Shown: in pieces, positions 50,680 through 64,000 of the stretch
Position numbering within the stretch: the first letter of the stretch is position 1
How the letters are laid out: the number at the start of each line of letters is the position of its first letter
From: Carcharhinus amblyrhynchos
Lineage: Eukaryota
Reading direction: 5' to 3'
NCBI GenBank assembly: GCA_965287045.1
Contig: OZ336886.1
Location: forward strand, 5,518,001-5,582,000
Length of the DNA: 64,000 nt
Program-made: the position numbers and the translations under genes
Notes under the pieces: generated by a model
Told to the model about the DNA's origin: nothing
The model's database searches: none
Seen by the model: the letters and a program-made list of their open reading frames with translations, nothing else

Positions 50680-51260
50680 CTGAATCAGTGACTTCCATGT
50701 GTCATGACAACTGGGATGGTTTGACTTTGTGATGGGAGACATGTAGAAACTGTGACTATTGCAGGAAGTGCATGGAGATTTTCAATAAACTGAAAAATGT
50801 TGACAGCCTGGGAAAGAGTGAGAATGGATATATAAGTAGATTCAGGACAAGAGACACTAATAGCATGAGATAGAGGGATCGTAGCAGGCATTGAGGGTTT
50901 AATTTACGGATTGATCGTGAGTGAACATTTAACCAGTCGATAAAGTCATTGACAGTGAGGTGGCAGAGGAGACTGGAGAAAGGACGTCAGGAGAAGTAAA
51001 AGATTTTGGGACCCTTAGGGAGAAATAAGATTCCACTGAAGATTATTAAAGACAAAGTAGTGTGGAGATATGACAGGTAAACTTTTGAAGGAATTAATTA
51101 AAATTTTTATAATGTGGAGAAAGCTTTGAAGACTGTTGCAGGCATAGCAATTAAAATGAAATTACGATCTGTGGAATGTGGACCAGTAACATTTCAGGCA
51201 CAGAGAGAGAGAGAGAGCACCTTCAGTGGTGGCCACGTTTCCAGTGTGAGAGGAACTCGA
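50680..51260 (-). mobile_element. Old L2-like relic
   Basis: Purine-skewed; ttttcaataaact..aaatgttgacagcctgg resembles antisense L2 RT region. Confidence 0.35.
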
Positions 51261-53724
51261 TTTTTAAAATAAATTTGAAGCTGATCAAAAAAAATAAAAA
51301 CAATACATACAATTTTTGCTACACATCAAAGCTCATCAGTGCAGCAGACAGTAAAACTGTTAGAATTCAATTTGTAAGAGGTGCTATCTGCTTCGAGAAA
51401 CTGTCTGAGCAGCTTATTGAAGGAAAGGTGGTTGGAAAATGCCTCTGAGCCTTCACACCCACGTCTTACCATTTAATGGAACAGTTTATCAAACCTCCAC
51501 TGCTCTAAAGTGTTGTGCTGCCAATTCTAGGTTATTGCTCTGAGGAAAGTTCCACAGCACGTTAAGTACTTAAGAAGTAACTCTTGGGATGATGTAAGAA
51601 TTCCCCTATTCTTGCATTGGAGCTAACATTGCTACTCTTCCTCTGCCTGCTTTGTTGGTTTAAATTTTGTCATGCCATTTTTTTCAGCACCTTAAACAAT
51701 AGTCCCATTTTCTGTGATCAAGCATTTTTTAAAAACTTGTGCAGCTCAAAGGTGAAATTATTGTTGCTTTCAATGCATCATGGATTGTATGCCTCAATTT
51801 ATGTCATGAAGTACTTAGCTGAAGCAGTTTTGTAATATACTGATCCCCCTGTTCCTACAAAATCCTTCCCCGTTTACATTGCTGTGCAAATTCCGTCTCG
51901 ATAGCAACAGAGCAACTATTGTGTGCATGTTCAAGTTTGTACATTTTGCTGCTGTTTTAAGGTTACAAATTTTCACTTTCCCTTCCCCTTTTGTGTTTTG
52001 GGGACAGTTCAAATGGGCTAGCAAGCAAATGGCAGCAATTGTTGCATCTAGAGAAAGAGGAAAAAAGTCATTTGGGTGATTTACTGTTTCTGGAGTCGTC
52101 TAGCTTCTGACATTAGGGCTGCATTGCTGCTTGCGTTGAAGATGCATGTATGACCTTCATCAAGGACCTTGGCATCCAGTAGAATGAGGACTTTAATTTG
52201 TCTTTTGGATTATTTTCCTAAAAAACTTTCTGTTGTGTCTGAATGTTGGAAGTTCCAACAAAAATTATTACGTTAAAAGTGTAGAGCATTGGTCTGGAGG
52301 AGATTATTTTCCAATTCTCCAGGAAGAAAATTTCAACCCTGTTTTTGTTGTTCAAGTTAAAAAGAATCATAGCAATCTTTATTTTCAATGTTAGAGTACA
52401 CATTTTTGGTTTAGCTAAAATTTCAAGAATTATTTGAATACATCTTGGAGTTTTTCTTCTAAGTTCAAATTCTGTGACTTGGCCTTTCAAAGTAGACGGC
52501 ATGCTTGTCTATGCAGTGAACGTCCTCTGTACTGTAGTGAGTGTTTCACTAAGCCTGTGTAAAAAGTGCAAAATTCATTTGCGTTAACAAATATAACAAT
52601 GTAAAATGTGTGCAACAGGAAAATCCTGAAGGTAAACCCCCACACTCAAAGTAAACATTTTCCTCTATTATTCCTCATTTTCCAAGCCAAGAATTCATGG
52701 TGAGGAACAAGTGCCCCTAAGCACTAGACCAAAATTGCTCTTCTGTATGCTGATCTCTTTTGTGAACTTAGGATGAGTCCACTGTGTTTTTTGTTGCAGT
52801 TGCTTCTGTGTGCTGCTTTGGACTGTGTACCATTTTATATTAATAATTTATGTCTGGTAGTAATTTGAGAGATTCATGTTCTTCCCTGAGTGTTATAGTT
52901 GTATTGCAAAATCATTTACTGGAATTTAGTTTGCCTATCCTGTGTTTCCCACTATCATTTATACTTCATATTTGTAAAATTATTTTGCCAACTTTTATTA
53001 AGAATACAGTTTAGATTGTGATACTGTATTCCAGTCAAAGCAAAAATGTTTCAAGTTGAATTTTTATCACATCTATCAATAATTTGGAAGTGGGCTTTGA
53101 CTTTATGTAAAATACAATAAAAGACATTTGAATTGGATTTATTTCAAATGCATAATTACGTGCATGCTTTGATGTTGATCCAACTTGTAATCAGATTTTG
53201 AGATGCTGTTGTACATTTGTTGGCTTTCTGCATTATATTACTCCAGTGGCAGACTTGTTCTTTCACTAGTTTTGGGTCCTCTGACAAAAATGATGTTCAA
53301 ATTGCTCTGCATTTAATCAAACTCCAACTAAGTTATTTCCTTGTTTTTCTTTGTTTAGACATTCAAGTCTGTAGTGGGAAAGGCTGTGCTTCATTTGTTA
53401 ATTGCAATAGAATTCTTTGTGGATAAACAACTGAATTTTATACCTGGGGATAGTGCCTTCCAGCTCTACCAGGTAGGACAACCATTATTGTGACCAAAAT
53501 TTTTGTAATGTTGAAAAATATTATGACTCATTATTTAATATTTCAACTTTTCTTTATGGATTTTAAACATTTTATAAATTTAGATTTAGTTAGAAAAATT
53601 CCTCAAACCACGTTGTAATACACACAACTCATTATTGCACTGTCCATGATTGAGAGTTGCAGAGCTCATTGAGACACTCATTGTTGCATTTGCATCAGCA
53701 ACAACCCCTAACTACCCCATTAAC

Positions 53725-54410
53725 AAAAACTTGTATTTATGTTGAATCTTTAATGTATTAATGTATTTCAGTGCCCCTTCTATGAAGCGTTATCAAACAC
53801 ACAAAGTTGTAAAGTTTATTTATTAGTGTCAGAAGTAGGCTTACGTTAACATGGCAATGAAGTTACTGTGAAAATCCCCTAGTCACCACACTCTGGCACC
53901 TGTTAGGGTACACTGAGGGACAATTTAGCATGGCCAGCACACTTGACTAGCACGTCTTTTGGACTGAGAGAAAATCGGAGCACCCAGACAAATGACCAAA
54001 AGCTTGATCAACAAAATACATTTTAAATATGTTGAAGGAAGAAATCAAGATAAACAGATGAAAAGGTTGAGGTGGTAGTCCAGAAATTGGGGCCTGTACA
54101 ACGGAAGGCATGGTTGCCAATGGTGGATCAATTAAAATTCTGGATGCGAAAGAAGCCAGAATTAGGGAAGTGCAAATGTCCCACAGGGTATGGAGCTGCA
54201 AGGGGAATTAAGAGTTGGAGAGGGTTGAGACCATGGAGAGGTTTGAAAGTAAAGACAGAATTGTAAAATCTAAGATTTAACCAGATCCCAATGTAGGATA
54301 GCAAGCATAGCGGTTTGAATGACTTTAGTGAGTAGAGTGTGAGAGGCCGGACAAAAGTGTGCTAGTAACAAAGGCATGGATCAGGGTTTCAGCAGCAGAT
54401 ATGCTGGGGA
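53725..54410 (-). mobile_element. L2 3' end relic interrupted by a V-SINE piece
   Basis: acttgtatttat tail; caaatgaccaaaagcttgatcaa..ttttaa..gttgaaggaag; reverse complement resembles 8500-8735. Confidence 0.55.
53812..53988 (-). mobile_element. V-SINE 3' half, alternative-tail subfamily
   Basis: aaagtttatttattagtgtcagaagtaggcttac...ggagcaccc. Confidence 0.8.
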
Positions 54411-54639
54411 AGGATCCATTTTATTTTCAAACCAAGCACTTCTGATGGGAGCTAACGTCAGCAACTTCCTTCACACCCAACTCATTTCAGGTTTTGCAGT
54501 CTTGAATGAGTGCTGCACTTAGCTATTCATCATCAAATCTGGTTTGACCACAGGAAGTTCTACAGCCAGTAGCTTCGCTCACCTCAGCCAAATCCAGCTG
54601 CTGTTCTTGGATCATCCTGAATGCAAAGACAACTACAGG

Positions 54640-55085
54640 CTTTGTTTCTAAATGATCAACCATTTAATTTAACATGATTGTCCCATCTCACCCATCCTTT
54701 GCTCCCAACAAATGCCAAGAGTTCATGGGTATCTTTATCACCAAGATTGAGACCATCCAATGAAATGTCTTTGCTGCTTCCCTGCTTTTCCTTTTGCACC
54801 AAACCAAACCTCCTCTATGCTCCTTGTAATCCTTGCCTGAACTTGGTTTTGTTTTCTCTTTTGGCCCAATCCCTCTCCAACCTTATTTCCGCCAGACAGC
54901 CCCACCTGCTCCCTTGACTCCATTCTTACTAAACTACTGCTTGCTTATGTTTCTGATCCCATACAAACTGTCCTTCTCCTCCAGGTAATCTCCCTCATCC
55001 TTTCAAAACTGCTGTTTTTGTGCCCGATCTTAATTCATCACCCGAGCTCCAGTCTCCCTTTCCTCTGAGTCTTGAACATATTACT
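54640..55085 (+). mobile_element. L2 ORF2 relic
   Basis: aagattgagaccatcc (KIETI), cccacctgctcccttgactccattcttactaaact (TCSLD.I.TKL). Confidence 0.5.
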
Positions 55086-58000
55086 ATCTATAACTTTACT
55101 CATCACTTTCAAAATCCTCCAACCTTATTATTCTGCCTCTCCTACATTTTTTGAACTCTGCTTTTCACCTTATAATCATACCAGCAAATGCATAAATAAA
55201 GTCCCATTTGGTTACACCATGCAAATAAGTTTTGAGATCACATGACCAACATCAGTTTTTAAAAATTTATTCAGAAATACAATTAGACACGTGTCTAATG
55301 ACTAACATATTAAATAACATTGATATGGGATAATAGGACTCCAAAGTTTTAAAAAGTAATAGTGAAAGAATTTGTGCTGTAATTGTGTGCATGTGTTGTA
55401 ATGATAAGGGAGTACTCAAATGGAAAAGGCAAAATTTGGACAGTTCAAGAAAATACATTGTTAGGTGGGTGTTTCCATAAGCTATAATCCTGAAGCTGTA
55501 GATCTTGTACAGAATGTTGTTAAAGAAGGAATCAGTTCTACTAAAGATGGCAGGTCTTAACTTGACCCTCCTTTTCTTTCCCAGAATTGCATTAATCTGT
55601 AATCTGCCTGTCAGAGATACTTGCAGTCCCATCAATTATGTCCAGTGAAAGCCATCTTAGGGCATCTGATTATTTGTGATAAATGTGTAAGCATTGATCT
55701 TCCTGGTCCATCCCATTAGCAGGGTCCCTTGTATGACAGACTTGGACGGGATCCCAGTACAGCAGACTGTCTCAGTTTGAGGAGGAGAAGAAATGTGGTA
55801 ACTATGAAAAGGGGTAAAAATGAAGTAAAGGAAACAAAAAGAAAGAAAAGGCAAATATAGTTTGCGAGAGAAATACTGACTCAGGGAGGATGGAATGAAA
55901 AAGTGGGGTAAAAATATTTGATTGAAAGAAGAGGAAAAGAATACCAAGTTATAAAAATAAATTGGATGAAGTTTTTCTTATATGCTTGATAAGACATGAG
56001 TGACTGCAGCTGGTGGATACGTAGACAGAATTTGCATTTCAGATGAGTTGGCGCAGCTGTGTGACAAGCAGTAATATCATGGCAGATTCACTTTTACGGC
56101 AGGGTGAATAACCGTGGTAACAACGGGCTGATGCGTTCATATGGACCACCACTGCTGTGGCCTGAAGCCTCAAACTGTTTTATTGGCATGCCCGGGAGCA
56201 CAATCATGCAGTGTGTCCATATCGCAAATAATACAGATGTTAGAACTATTGAGCCTGTTCTTTCTTGCCACACTGGCAAGGTTTAATTTCATGTGTTCAG
56301 CGTGTACTGTTCCTGTGAAAGAGAATAATGCTCATTGTCAATGGTTCAAGGCTGTGGCCACAGTCTGTTTTGGCGTTTCTCAACATATGTTTGTTAGTCC
56401 TGTATGTAAACAGCTGAAGTGATATTCAGCAATAAAAGCTGTATCCTTCAGAAAATAAATCCATGGTTAATGTAAAGGATATAGCATACAGCTTTGAAAA
56501 TGATTTCGCATTTCAGGAGATGTAAATATGTACTGAAATTAAACTAGTCATTATTTTTGTTTACATTTCTAAGAGAATATGTCTGAGGCATGTGGTAAGA
56601 AGGTTCTATGTGTGGGTTGGACAGGAGGTTGTTGAATTTTGCAATTGCACATCACTAAGCCAATATTGCTGAAAATCTGCCAAAAAGGGAAAGATTATCT
56701 GAAGGACAGAATAAACAGCAAATTTTTAAAATCATAAACACTGAAATCTGCTAAGTTCCTTCAAGAATTCTGTACATGGTAATTACTGTGAAACAGGTTA
56801 ATTGTATGCTAGGACTATTTTGAATGTTTGCTCTTTGTACTTGTGTACTGTTCCTTAGATTTTCAGGTCAATTTTAGTCAGGGTTTGCATCTTTATGTTG
56901 TGTTATATTTTGTCAGTTTAGCCATTGACTTCAATTTGTGGTCAGTAAAGCATAGTAACTTGTGAACCCTTGATCAATAGGCTGACCTTTTCGATCTTAA
57001 ACAAAAATAATTCATATCACGTTCAGAAATCATTATCAATTGAAATGTTCAGAATTCACACCAGTTTTTCTTAAACATGCTTCTCATTTTCTTTTCTGTA
57101 AATGCAGTTAATTGAGTAGATTTTTAAATTTTTATTTTAAGTGACTGAGCTGATGTCTACTCTCTCCATGACTCACAAAAAGGCAACCACAGTTAAGTAT
57201 TGCAGTTATTCAGGGCATTATCTGGGCCTGGTTCCATCGAAATGCTGATGGAGGAATTTTGGTAAAGAAAACAAGGTAGTTGCTTTTGTTCATTGGCTTA
57301 TCAGAGCCTCTGGATTCCTGAAGCACCATCCTCCTCTTCAGGTGTTGATCTGCAATGTGACCTTTCATGTTCATCTCAACAGACAAGTTGTGAGCGTTAT
57401 TGAATATTAGATCCAAAACGGACATCTCAGGAATAAACTTGGGTGGTAACAGTTGCTCAGTACTGAAGTACATTAGTCTTGCAGTAGGGCTTAAACCTAC
57501 AGCCTTCAGGACCGAGAACCAAGCCGCTATCATCTGGCATTTGAGAGTTAATTCAAAACGTTATTGGTACATTGCTTACTGTTAAGGTCATTCATCAAGA
57601 AAATGTGTTGAGAAACTCACAACTAAGGTACATTTAAAAAGAATCAAATCTATCTATTGTTTCAATTACTGCTCTTTGAGAACAAAATAAATATAATGGC
57701 AAACTATTTTATAACAGTCAATTGCAAATCAAATCGTAAAAGTCCACACGTTACCTTAAGCCTGTACATGCAAAGTGCAATTATGATGTCTGCTGCATTT
57801 TCAAAACCCCAGGACTTCCTGAGTTAACTGATCTGTGTCAGATTCATCAGAAGGAATGAAGGTTATGGAAAGTTTATGCTGCAATACTCCGTTACTCAGT
57901 GAAATGTGTGTGCAAGAGTATAATTCGCCAGCATCTTTCTTCATGGCATCCTCTACACACTAAAATTGTAAGACCACACACATTACCATATCGTTAAGAC

Positions 58001-59229
58001 ACATGAACGTCAATAATGTAATGCATTTAACGTTTCTCTTTTTTTCGTGCAATGACAGCTGTGCCTTATGAAGACCACATTTGCTTTTCCCCTCAGACTG
58101 GAATCTATTCTTTTGCATCTCATTTTGTCTGTCTTGCAAGACATTTAAATTCAGTCGTGCACTAAAAATAGCAATGCCTTTACCAGTTACTGACATAGCT
58201 GGTGGTTAGATTGTATGTTGTCACAGGACAGTGTAGAGCTTACAAAATCTATTCTAGTTTCTCTGTCAAATCCAAAATTAATTATTTAGGATCATGAGTG
58301 CTGCAGGAGTCAGGATAATCAAGTCTGAGTTTTCATTCAGTCCTGCTCTCAATCTGTTTAGAAATGGCCAGTTTAGACTATGCCGTTCCCCGAGGGGGAT
58401 TAAAATGTGTGGTTGTAAATGGGTGCAAGTTCAGTCCTTGTTTTCCTCAGATTTCAACAGCTTGTGTTCTGGGCTGAGGGACTCAGAGTCTGAAAGTAAC
58501 CATGTAGTGAACTGGTGCTCTGATCTCTGCAGGACTATCAGCATGTGTAACAATGGATTAACGTTTCAATTAGACACAGTATATTAGAACTCAGCTGGCT
58601 GACTGAAACTTGATTATTTTACTACTTTTCAAATACTGTTGAAGATATTTTAGCGAAAATATTGGAAATACTCAGCAAGTCACACAGCATATGTGGAGAG
58701 AGAAGCAAATTTAACGTTTGATCACCTGGGAAAAGTTAGAGATATGATAGGTTTCAAGCAGGATTTCCAGCATCTGCAGTATTGTGCTTTTTGATTCAGG
58801 CTTATTTCACTGCTACTTCTGTTCCAAAAATGCCAACTTAGAAGTTCTGCTGTTCTCTGTGACAGGATTCTCATTTGTCTCTTTTACCTTATTCACCTTC
58901 ATTGTTTCCCATTTCCCTCCTTATGTTTGATCAATATCCATCAAAATCTGCTTTCAAAGCAGCTGTCTTCAGCTCAACTTATTCCATGTGGATTCTATTG
59001 AAAATTCTGCTCTTCTGTTTCTGATCCACACGATTACAAGTAAATCCTAAATATTCAACAGACCTTGGGCTGTTCTTGTTGGATCCAGAGGTCAACATTC
59101 TGTTCATGGTGATGGCACAATCTTGACCTCTCTGTTCATCAGTGTTGACACATACCATGTCAAAACTGTCCTGTTCTGCAGTTTATTTTCATCATTCGAC
59201 TCATCCAGTATTTTAGCAGAAAGCATTTT

Positions 59230-60670
59230 CTCTTTCAGGTGTTAAGAAATTGCAAGCTCCAACAAATCATGGGCACCAACATGCCTCTAGATCGCTTTCT
59301 TTACACTTCTCTCTTATCCCAGTCTTCCTATCTCACCTGTTGATGTATGTTCATGATACCCTCTGTGATGCTGAATATTTGTCTTTCACATTTACCTTAG
59401 CACCTTTAATTTTGAGCTCAGCATGACGTTAAGAACTTCTGGCATCTTTGGCTCCACAAACACTTCTTACGCTAGGAGTTCTCTCCCAGCTCAGTGTACT
59501 GTTTCATCGATCTCCAGTGCTTTGCCAACACTAAGATCTCTCGCTCTGGACTCCTAGCTTTTGATCTATTTGTTGAGAACTGCCAACATGATGTTGCCCA
59601 TCTTGATTTCTCCGCTGCTCTCTTTGAAGCTAACCTGTCTCCTTTTGCTCTACTTTGTGTTCTCAGGTTTAACCCTGACATCAGACTGACTGACTGCAGC
59701 TCACCAACATTTCGCTCTACCTATCCCTGGACCATGATTTCACCACTGAATATCAAATTATTTTTTCCAGAACAGGCATTGAGTTCATCTCCTCCTGTGA
59801 TCATCTCTCCATAGCTTTCCAGCTCATGGTTCCCCCTTCCCCAGACAGCTTGCTTCTGCCTATTTCCCAAGATCCCTAAACAGGTTTGTCCTGGTGGACC
59901 AATTGTTTTGGTCTGTTCCTGCCGACTGAACTGACTTCTTCCTGCTTTTGACTTTTTTTCTCCACTTGTCCAGTCTCTCCTGGCCTACATTTGTGACTGT
60001 TCTAAAATCCTTGTTCATTTTAACAGTTTCTGATTTCCTGGCCCTAAACTGTATCATCTTCACCATAGATGGCCAATGGCTCTGCATTGCCATCCCTCAC
60101 CAGGATGATCTGAGGATTTTCAGTTTATTCCAACCAATTTCTATCAATCAGAGCCCTCATCCACCTGGGAGAATTTGACCTCTCCTTGGATAACATCTCT
60201 TTTAACTCACCCTACTGGTTCCAAGTTAAAGGTGTTGCTATGTGTACTCATATGAGTGCTAGCTATGCTTTCCTTTTTGCAAGTTATGTAGAGCGTTCCT
60301 TGTTCCCATGCTACTTGGAACTCCTCCCTCAGCTCATTTTCTGATATATTGATGATAGTATCAGTGCCATGTCCTGTGCTCATTCTGAATTGAAGGGCTT
60401 CATTAACTTTTGCCCACAGTTTCCACTCTGCTCTCAGTTTCACTTTGTCCATCTCTGACTCTTCCCTCCCCTTCTCTGTCTCCATTTCTGGTGATAGGCT
60501 ATTAAATAATATTTGTTATGAGCCCACTGACTCCCTCACCTACCTCAACTCTTCCTCACACCCTGCTTCGTGGAAGACTCCATTCCATTTTCCCAGTTCT
60601 TCCATCTCCACTGGATTCTAATGATGCAGCCTTCCGTACCAGGGCTTTGGACACATCTTTTTCCCTCACC
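59230..60670 (+). mobile_element. Decayed Penelope-like element RT region
   Basis: PKIPKQVCPGGPIV (~59866, cf. PKIHK..PGRPIV), TIDGQWLCIAIPHQD, KGVAMCTHMSASYA (~60228), YIDD (~60346). Confidence 0.8.
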
Positions 60671-62291
60671 TGAAACCACTTCTCTTGCCATTAAGTAAAT
60701 TGCAGATTGAACTGCAAGGGCAATGTTTTCATAAAGCCACAGGCTGCTGCAAGCGAAGGACTTAAATCCAAGAGTGCGTATATAAAGGAGAACTGGGAAA
60801 GTTGAAAGAGGGTTAAACAAAACAAGATAGTTTCATTTTAAAAGTTGGATGTGCAAAGGTAAAGAGAGAAAATTAACCAAATCTCAGCACTTCTAATTTA
60901 GTTGGATACATATAAATTCACTGACTAGAAAACAAAATAGAAGAACTAAATTTGATTAAAATAGGAAATTGTGGTATTGTAGCAGTAATTGAATCTGGGT
61001 CAGGATTGGCAGTTAAATATACTTGAATTTAAAATGTTAAGGAAAGACAAGACCGAAAGGAAAAAGGAAATGGGGAGTGGTACTTGAGTAGAGAAATGGT
61101 CCAAATGAAATCCCTGGATTGTGTTGAGGAATAGCAAGAAAATTGGACCATGTTGTAGACTATTGAATAGTGGAAAGCAAATTTCAAACAAAGCTTGTAG
61201 ACAAATTAAAGAGTCATGTATTAACATTAGAGTTTGAACTGCAGGAGATTTTAATTTTCCAAAATAGGTTGGAAAAGAGAAATATTTGAGGTGACGAAGT
61301 GGTGATATCTTGCAACCTGTTTAAGAGAAACAATGTGTTGTTGCATGTTGACCCCACCACCCAGTTTGGGTTTTTATACCATTTAGAGAGACTGCCAAGT
61401 GATTGAACATGAGATAGAAATGAATAAAGGAGAAGACATTGTTGTATGGTCATTTTGTTTCAGTGTCTTTTGTTAGGGGGTGTGAGAGAAGCTGACAATT
61501 TCTTTGAAGAATCAATTGTAAATGGCTTTGGGAATGACTGAATTTAACTTTGCTTGGAATTATTTGTGAGGCATTGAGGACTGTAAATGCACATAGGTTT
61601 AATGGATATTAAAAGTTTAATTTTGCTTAGAGCTTCAGGATTTTGTGTCAAAATAGGCATGAGTATTATAATTGTAATTGCTACTCATTTTTACTTGTCA
61701 TTAATATTGCAGCAGGCAGTGAGCTTGGTTGTTGGATCTACTGCGCTGAAATACATCTTATGATTTCTTTGGCTGATAGATGCAGTTAAGTGCTAGATTT
61801 TATATATATTACAAATTCTCAATATTCTGTTCGTGTTTGAGACTATGTGGAGTTCACAGTATCAATCTTTTAAACTTGCAATGAAACTTGAAATGATGTG
61901 TTGGATTCTTGAAACAGAAGTTAAATTCGGCCTTTGCACTTGTATACAAAAGAGAACAAGAAAACATCAAAGACGAGATAACATTTAAAATTTGCCCTGG
62001 TGGCAGTAATTATAATCTTCAGGTGAAATTGACAAATGTTTTGGTATCATGTGCAGAGATTGCCCGAAGATATTTTTTGCAGACTTCTAATGTGTGCAAT
62101 TTGAGTACCTTTTAAAATACTGCATATTGTAAACACTTAATGATACCAAGTAGACCCTTAAGGGATAAATTTACGGATCACGATTATGCAACATGCTTAA
62201 CTTTGAACGTCGTTCATGAGGAATGCACAACTACTGTTTGAGGCACTTTACAAGTTAATCAGGTTTAAAAATTTGAATTTTACAATGATGT

Positions 62292-62458
62292 GCAGGATTT
62301 TTCACATCCTGTGATGAGTTTGTGGCGGCAGAGGCAGCTCAACATTGACCATTGGTGGAATCTCCTCCTCCTCAGCTCTCAGCGGGATTTCCCTTTGTTT
62401 GCACCCTCCTCTGTTGGGGAACTGTACCGGGGCTGAACTAGACAGAAAATCCCATCCA
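62292..62458. mobile_element. MITE-like repeat
   Basis: gcaggattttt...gaaaatcccatcc imperfect terminal inversions; gggatttccc core is the reverse complement of the core at 1677. Confidence 0.5.
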
Positions 62459-62977
62459 AAATCTTCTTATCTAATTCATGTTGGTACAGTGAGAGCATTA
62501 AGTTTTAAGATGATTGTAATTTTATAGTTTGGTAACTTGCATTTGTAATCATTTTGTTTGGTTTATCAGAGAGCAAACTGAATTGTTGACGCTTGGTTCT
62601 CAAGTTTGAGATGTGAACATAGTAAATACCTATGCTAATGTGGAACCAGAATTAGTTGTATATTATTATTCATAGTTTTGTGTAATTCATAGCAAATCAA
62701 TTATTTCAGTCTGTATTGAGTCAAATGGCTACATGCATTGCAAAGTGTTCGCCGTATATGCCAATTCCTGTTATTTGGATTTGGATTTTGATTTGAATGC
62801 TTTGAAGTAATTTCAGCAATTTTTCAGGGATAGGTTCTTCCTGTACGATTACAGGAATGAATGATACATCTAGAATAGGTAAATGTTGTGCAGCTTTGGC
62901 AAATATTTCTTTGTGTTGTCTATTTTTCTTCCTGTTCTCTGAAATGTTGTGTCGTTCAAGCAAAAAAAAAGTGAATG

Positions 62978-63200
62978 ATAAAGTTGCTATAGCCACAGAT
63001 GACCACAGGTTGCTCTCCACTTTTGAGGAGGAGAGCTGGCTAGTAGTGATTTAACCTGAGGATCACCACATCTTAGGCGAAGGGCAAAGGTGAGAGGGCG
63101 GGGTCTTCATAAATGACCTCAGCCAGTACAGCAATTGTACCTGCACTGTTGGCGCCGCTCTGCATCACGAACCAGTTGTCTAGCCAACTGAGCTAACCGG
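62978..63200 (-). mobile_element. tRNA-derived SINE (non-V family)
   Basis: Minus strand begins ccggttagctcagttggctaga (A box) with a degenerate B box ggtacaattgc. Confidence 0.65.
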
Positions 63201-63297
63201 TTCATTCAAGCACTGTTTCATGGATACCACGTGCTTCTGATTCTTTGACAAAATGATCATTTTTCATTGACTCTCTGCAGGGCAGGATGAGTTATAC

Positions 63298-64000
63298 TGT
63301 GGAGATGGAGGTGTTGGACTGGGGTAAACACAGTAAGAAGTCTCACAACACCAGGTTAAAGTCCAACAGGTTTATTTGCATAGCAAAAGCCTTTAGCTTT
63401 CGGAGTGCTGCCCCTTCGTCAGGTGAGCGGGAGTTCTATTCACAAACAGGGCATAGAAAGACACAAACTCAATTTACAAAATAATGATTGGAATGCGAGT
63501 CTTTACAGGTAATCAAGTCTTAAAGGTACAGACAATGTGAGTGGAGAGAGCGTTAAGCACAGGTTACAGAGATGTGTATTGTCTCCAGACAGGACAGTTA
63601 GTGAGATTTTGCAAGTCCAGGCAAGTCATGGGGATTTACAGATAGTGTAACATGAAACCAAGATCCTGGTTGAGGCCGTACTCGTGTGCGGAACTTGGCT
63701 ATCAGTCTCTGCTCAGCGACTCTGTGCTGTTGTGCTTCGTGAAAGCCACCTTGGAGAAAGCTTACCCGAAGATCAGAGGCCAAATGCCCGTGACTGCTGA
63801 AGTGTTCCCCAACAGAAAGAGAACAGTCTTGCCTGGTGATTGTCAAGTGGTGTTCATTCATCCATTGTTGTAGCGTCTGCATGGTCTCCCTAATGTACCA
63901 TGCCTTTGGACATCCTTTCCTGCAGCGTATCAGGTAGACAATGTTGGCCAAGTTGCAAGAGTACGTACCGTGTACCTGGTGGATAGTGTTCTCACATGAG
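63298..64000 (-). mobile_element. Penelope-like element 3' end (GIY-YIG plus terminal repeat), runs off the window
   Basis: GIY-YIG ORF remnant followed by a hammerhead-like motif (63391-63426, minus: CUGACGA-A-GGGG-CAGCA-CUCC-GAAA-GCUA) and a tail homologous to 10378-10580. Confidence 0.88.
63598..63951 (-). pseudogene. GIY-YIG endonuclease domain of the PLE, mutated
   Basis: NIVYLIRCRKGCPKAWYIRET..MNEH..VGEHF..H..EQRLIAKF; YIG changed to YIR. Confidence 0.8.

Noticed and set aside
57210-57533. 107-aa minus-strand ORF or possible exon
   Set aside because: No family motif and weak splice signals on both strands
60840-61270. Possible CR1 endonuclease 5' relic
   Set aside because: Only faint similarity (IVAVIESG..DWQLNI); too degraded to annotate confidently

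Overview
This is eukaryotic, not prokaryotic, DNA: an AT-rich, repeat-dense vertebrate window. The repeat families (HE1/V-SINE-type tRNA SINEs, SacSINE1-like DeuSINEs, CR1 LINEs, L2 relics, Penelope-like elements) point to a shark or other cartilaginous fish; this is an inference from recalled consensus motifs, not a database search. There is no intact long gene. The window looks like a large intron or intergenic region with a few weak + strand exon candidates (12.8, 17.3, 45.5 kb) and two CpG/GC-rich promoter-like patches (44.4-45.3 kb, 49.7-50.0 kb) inside a TE-poor zone. Almost all ORFs in the supplied track are spurious or TE-derived. The most notable object is a ~390-bp palindromic Penelope-derived insertion at 10378-10769, with a perfect 13-bp target-site duplication and two oppositely oriented minimal hammerhead-ribozyme motifs; a related GIY-YIG-encoding Penelope 3' end lies at 63.3-64.0 kb. 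Other points of interest are a young CR1 nested in an older CR1 with a templated 5' junction, a 29-bp AATAAA-bearing minisatellite born from a LINE tail, a solo LTR with nested inserts, and an 18-bp hairpin in the CpG-rich region. I found no clearly novel multi-gene system. Boundaries of decayed repeats are approximate (tens of bp).
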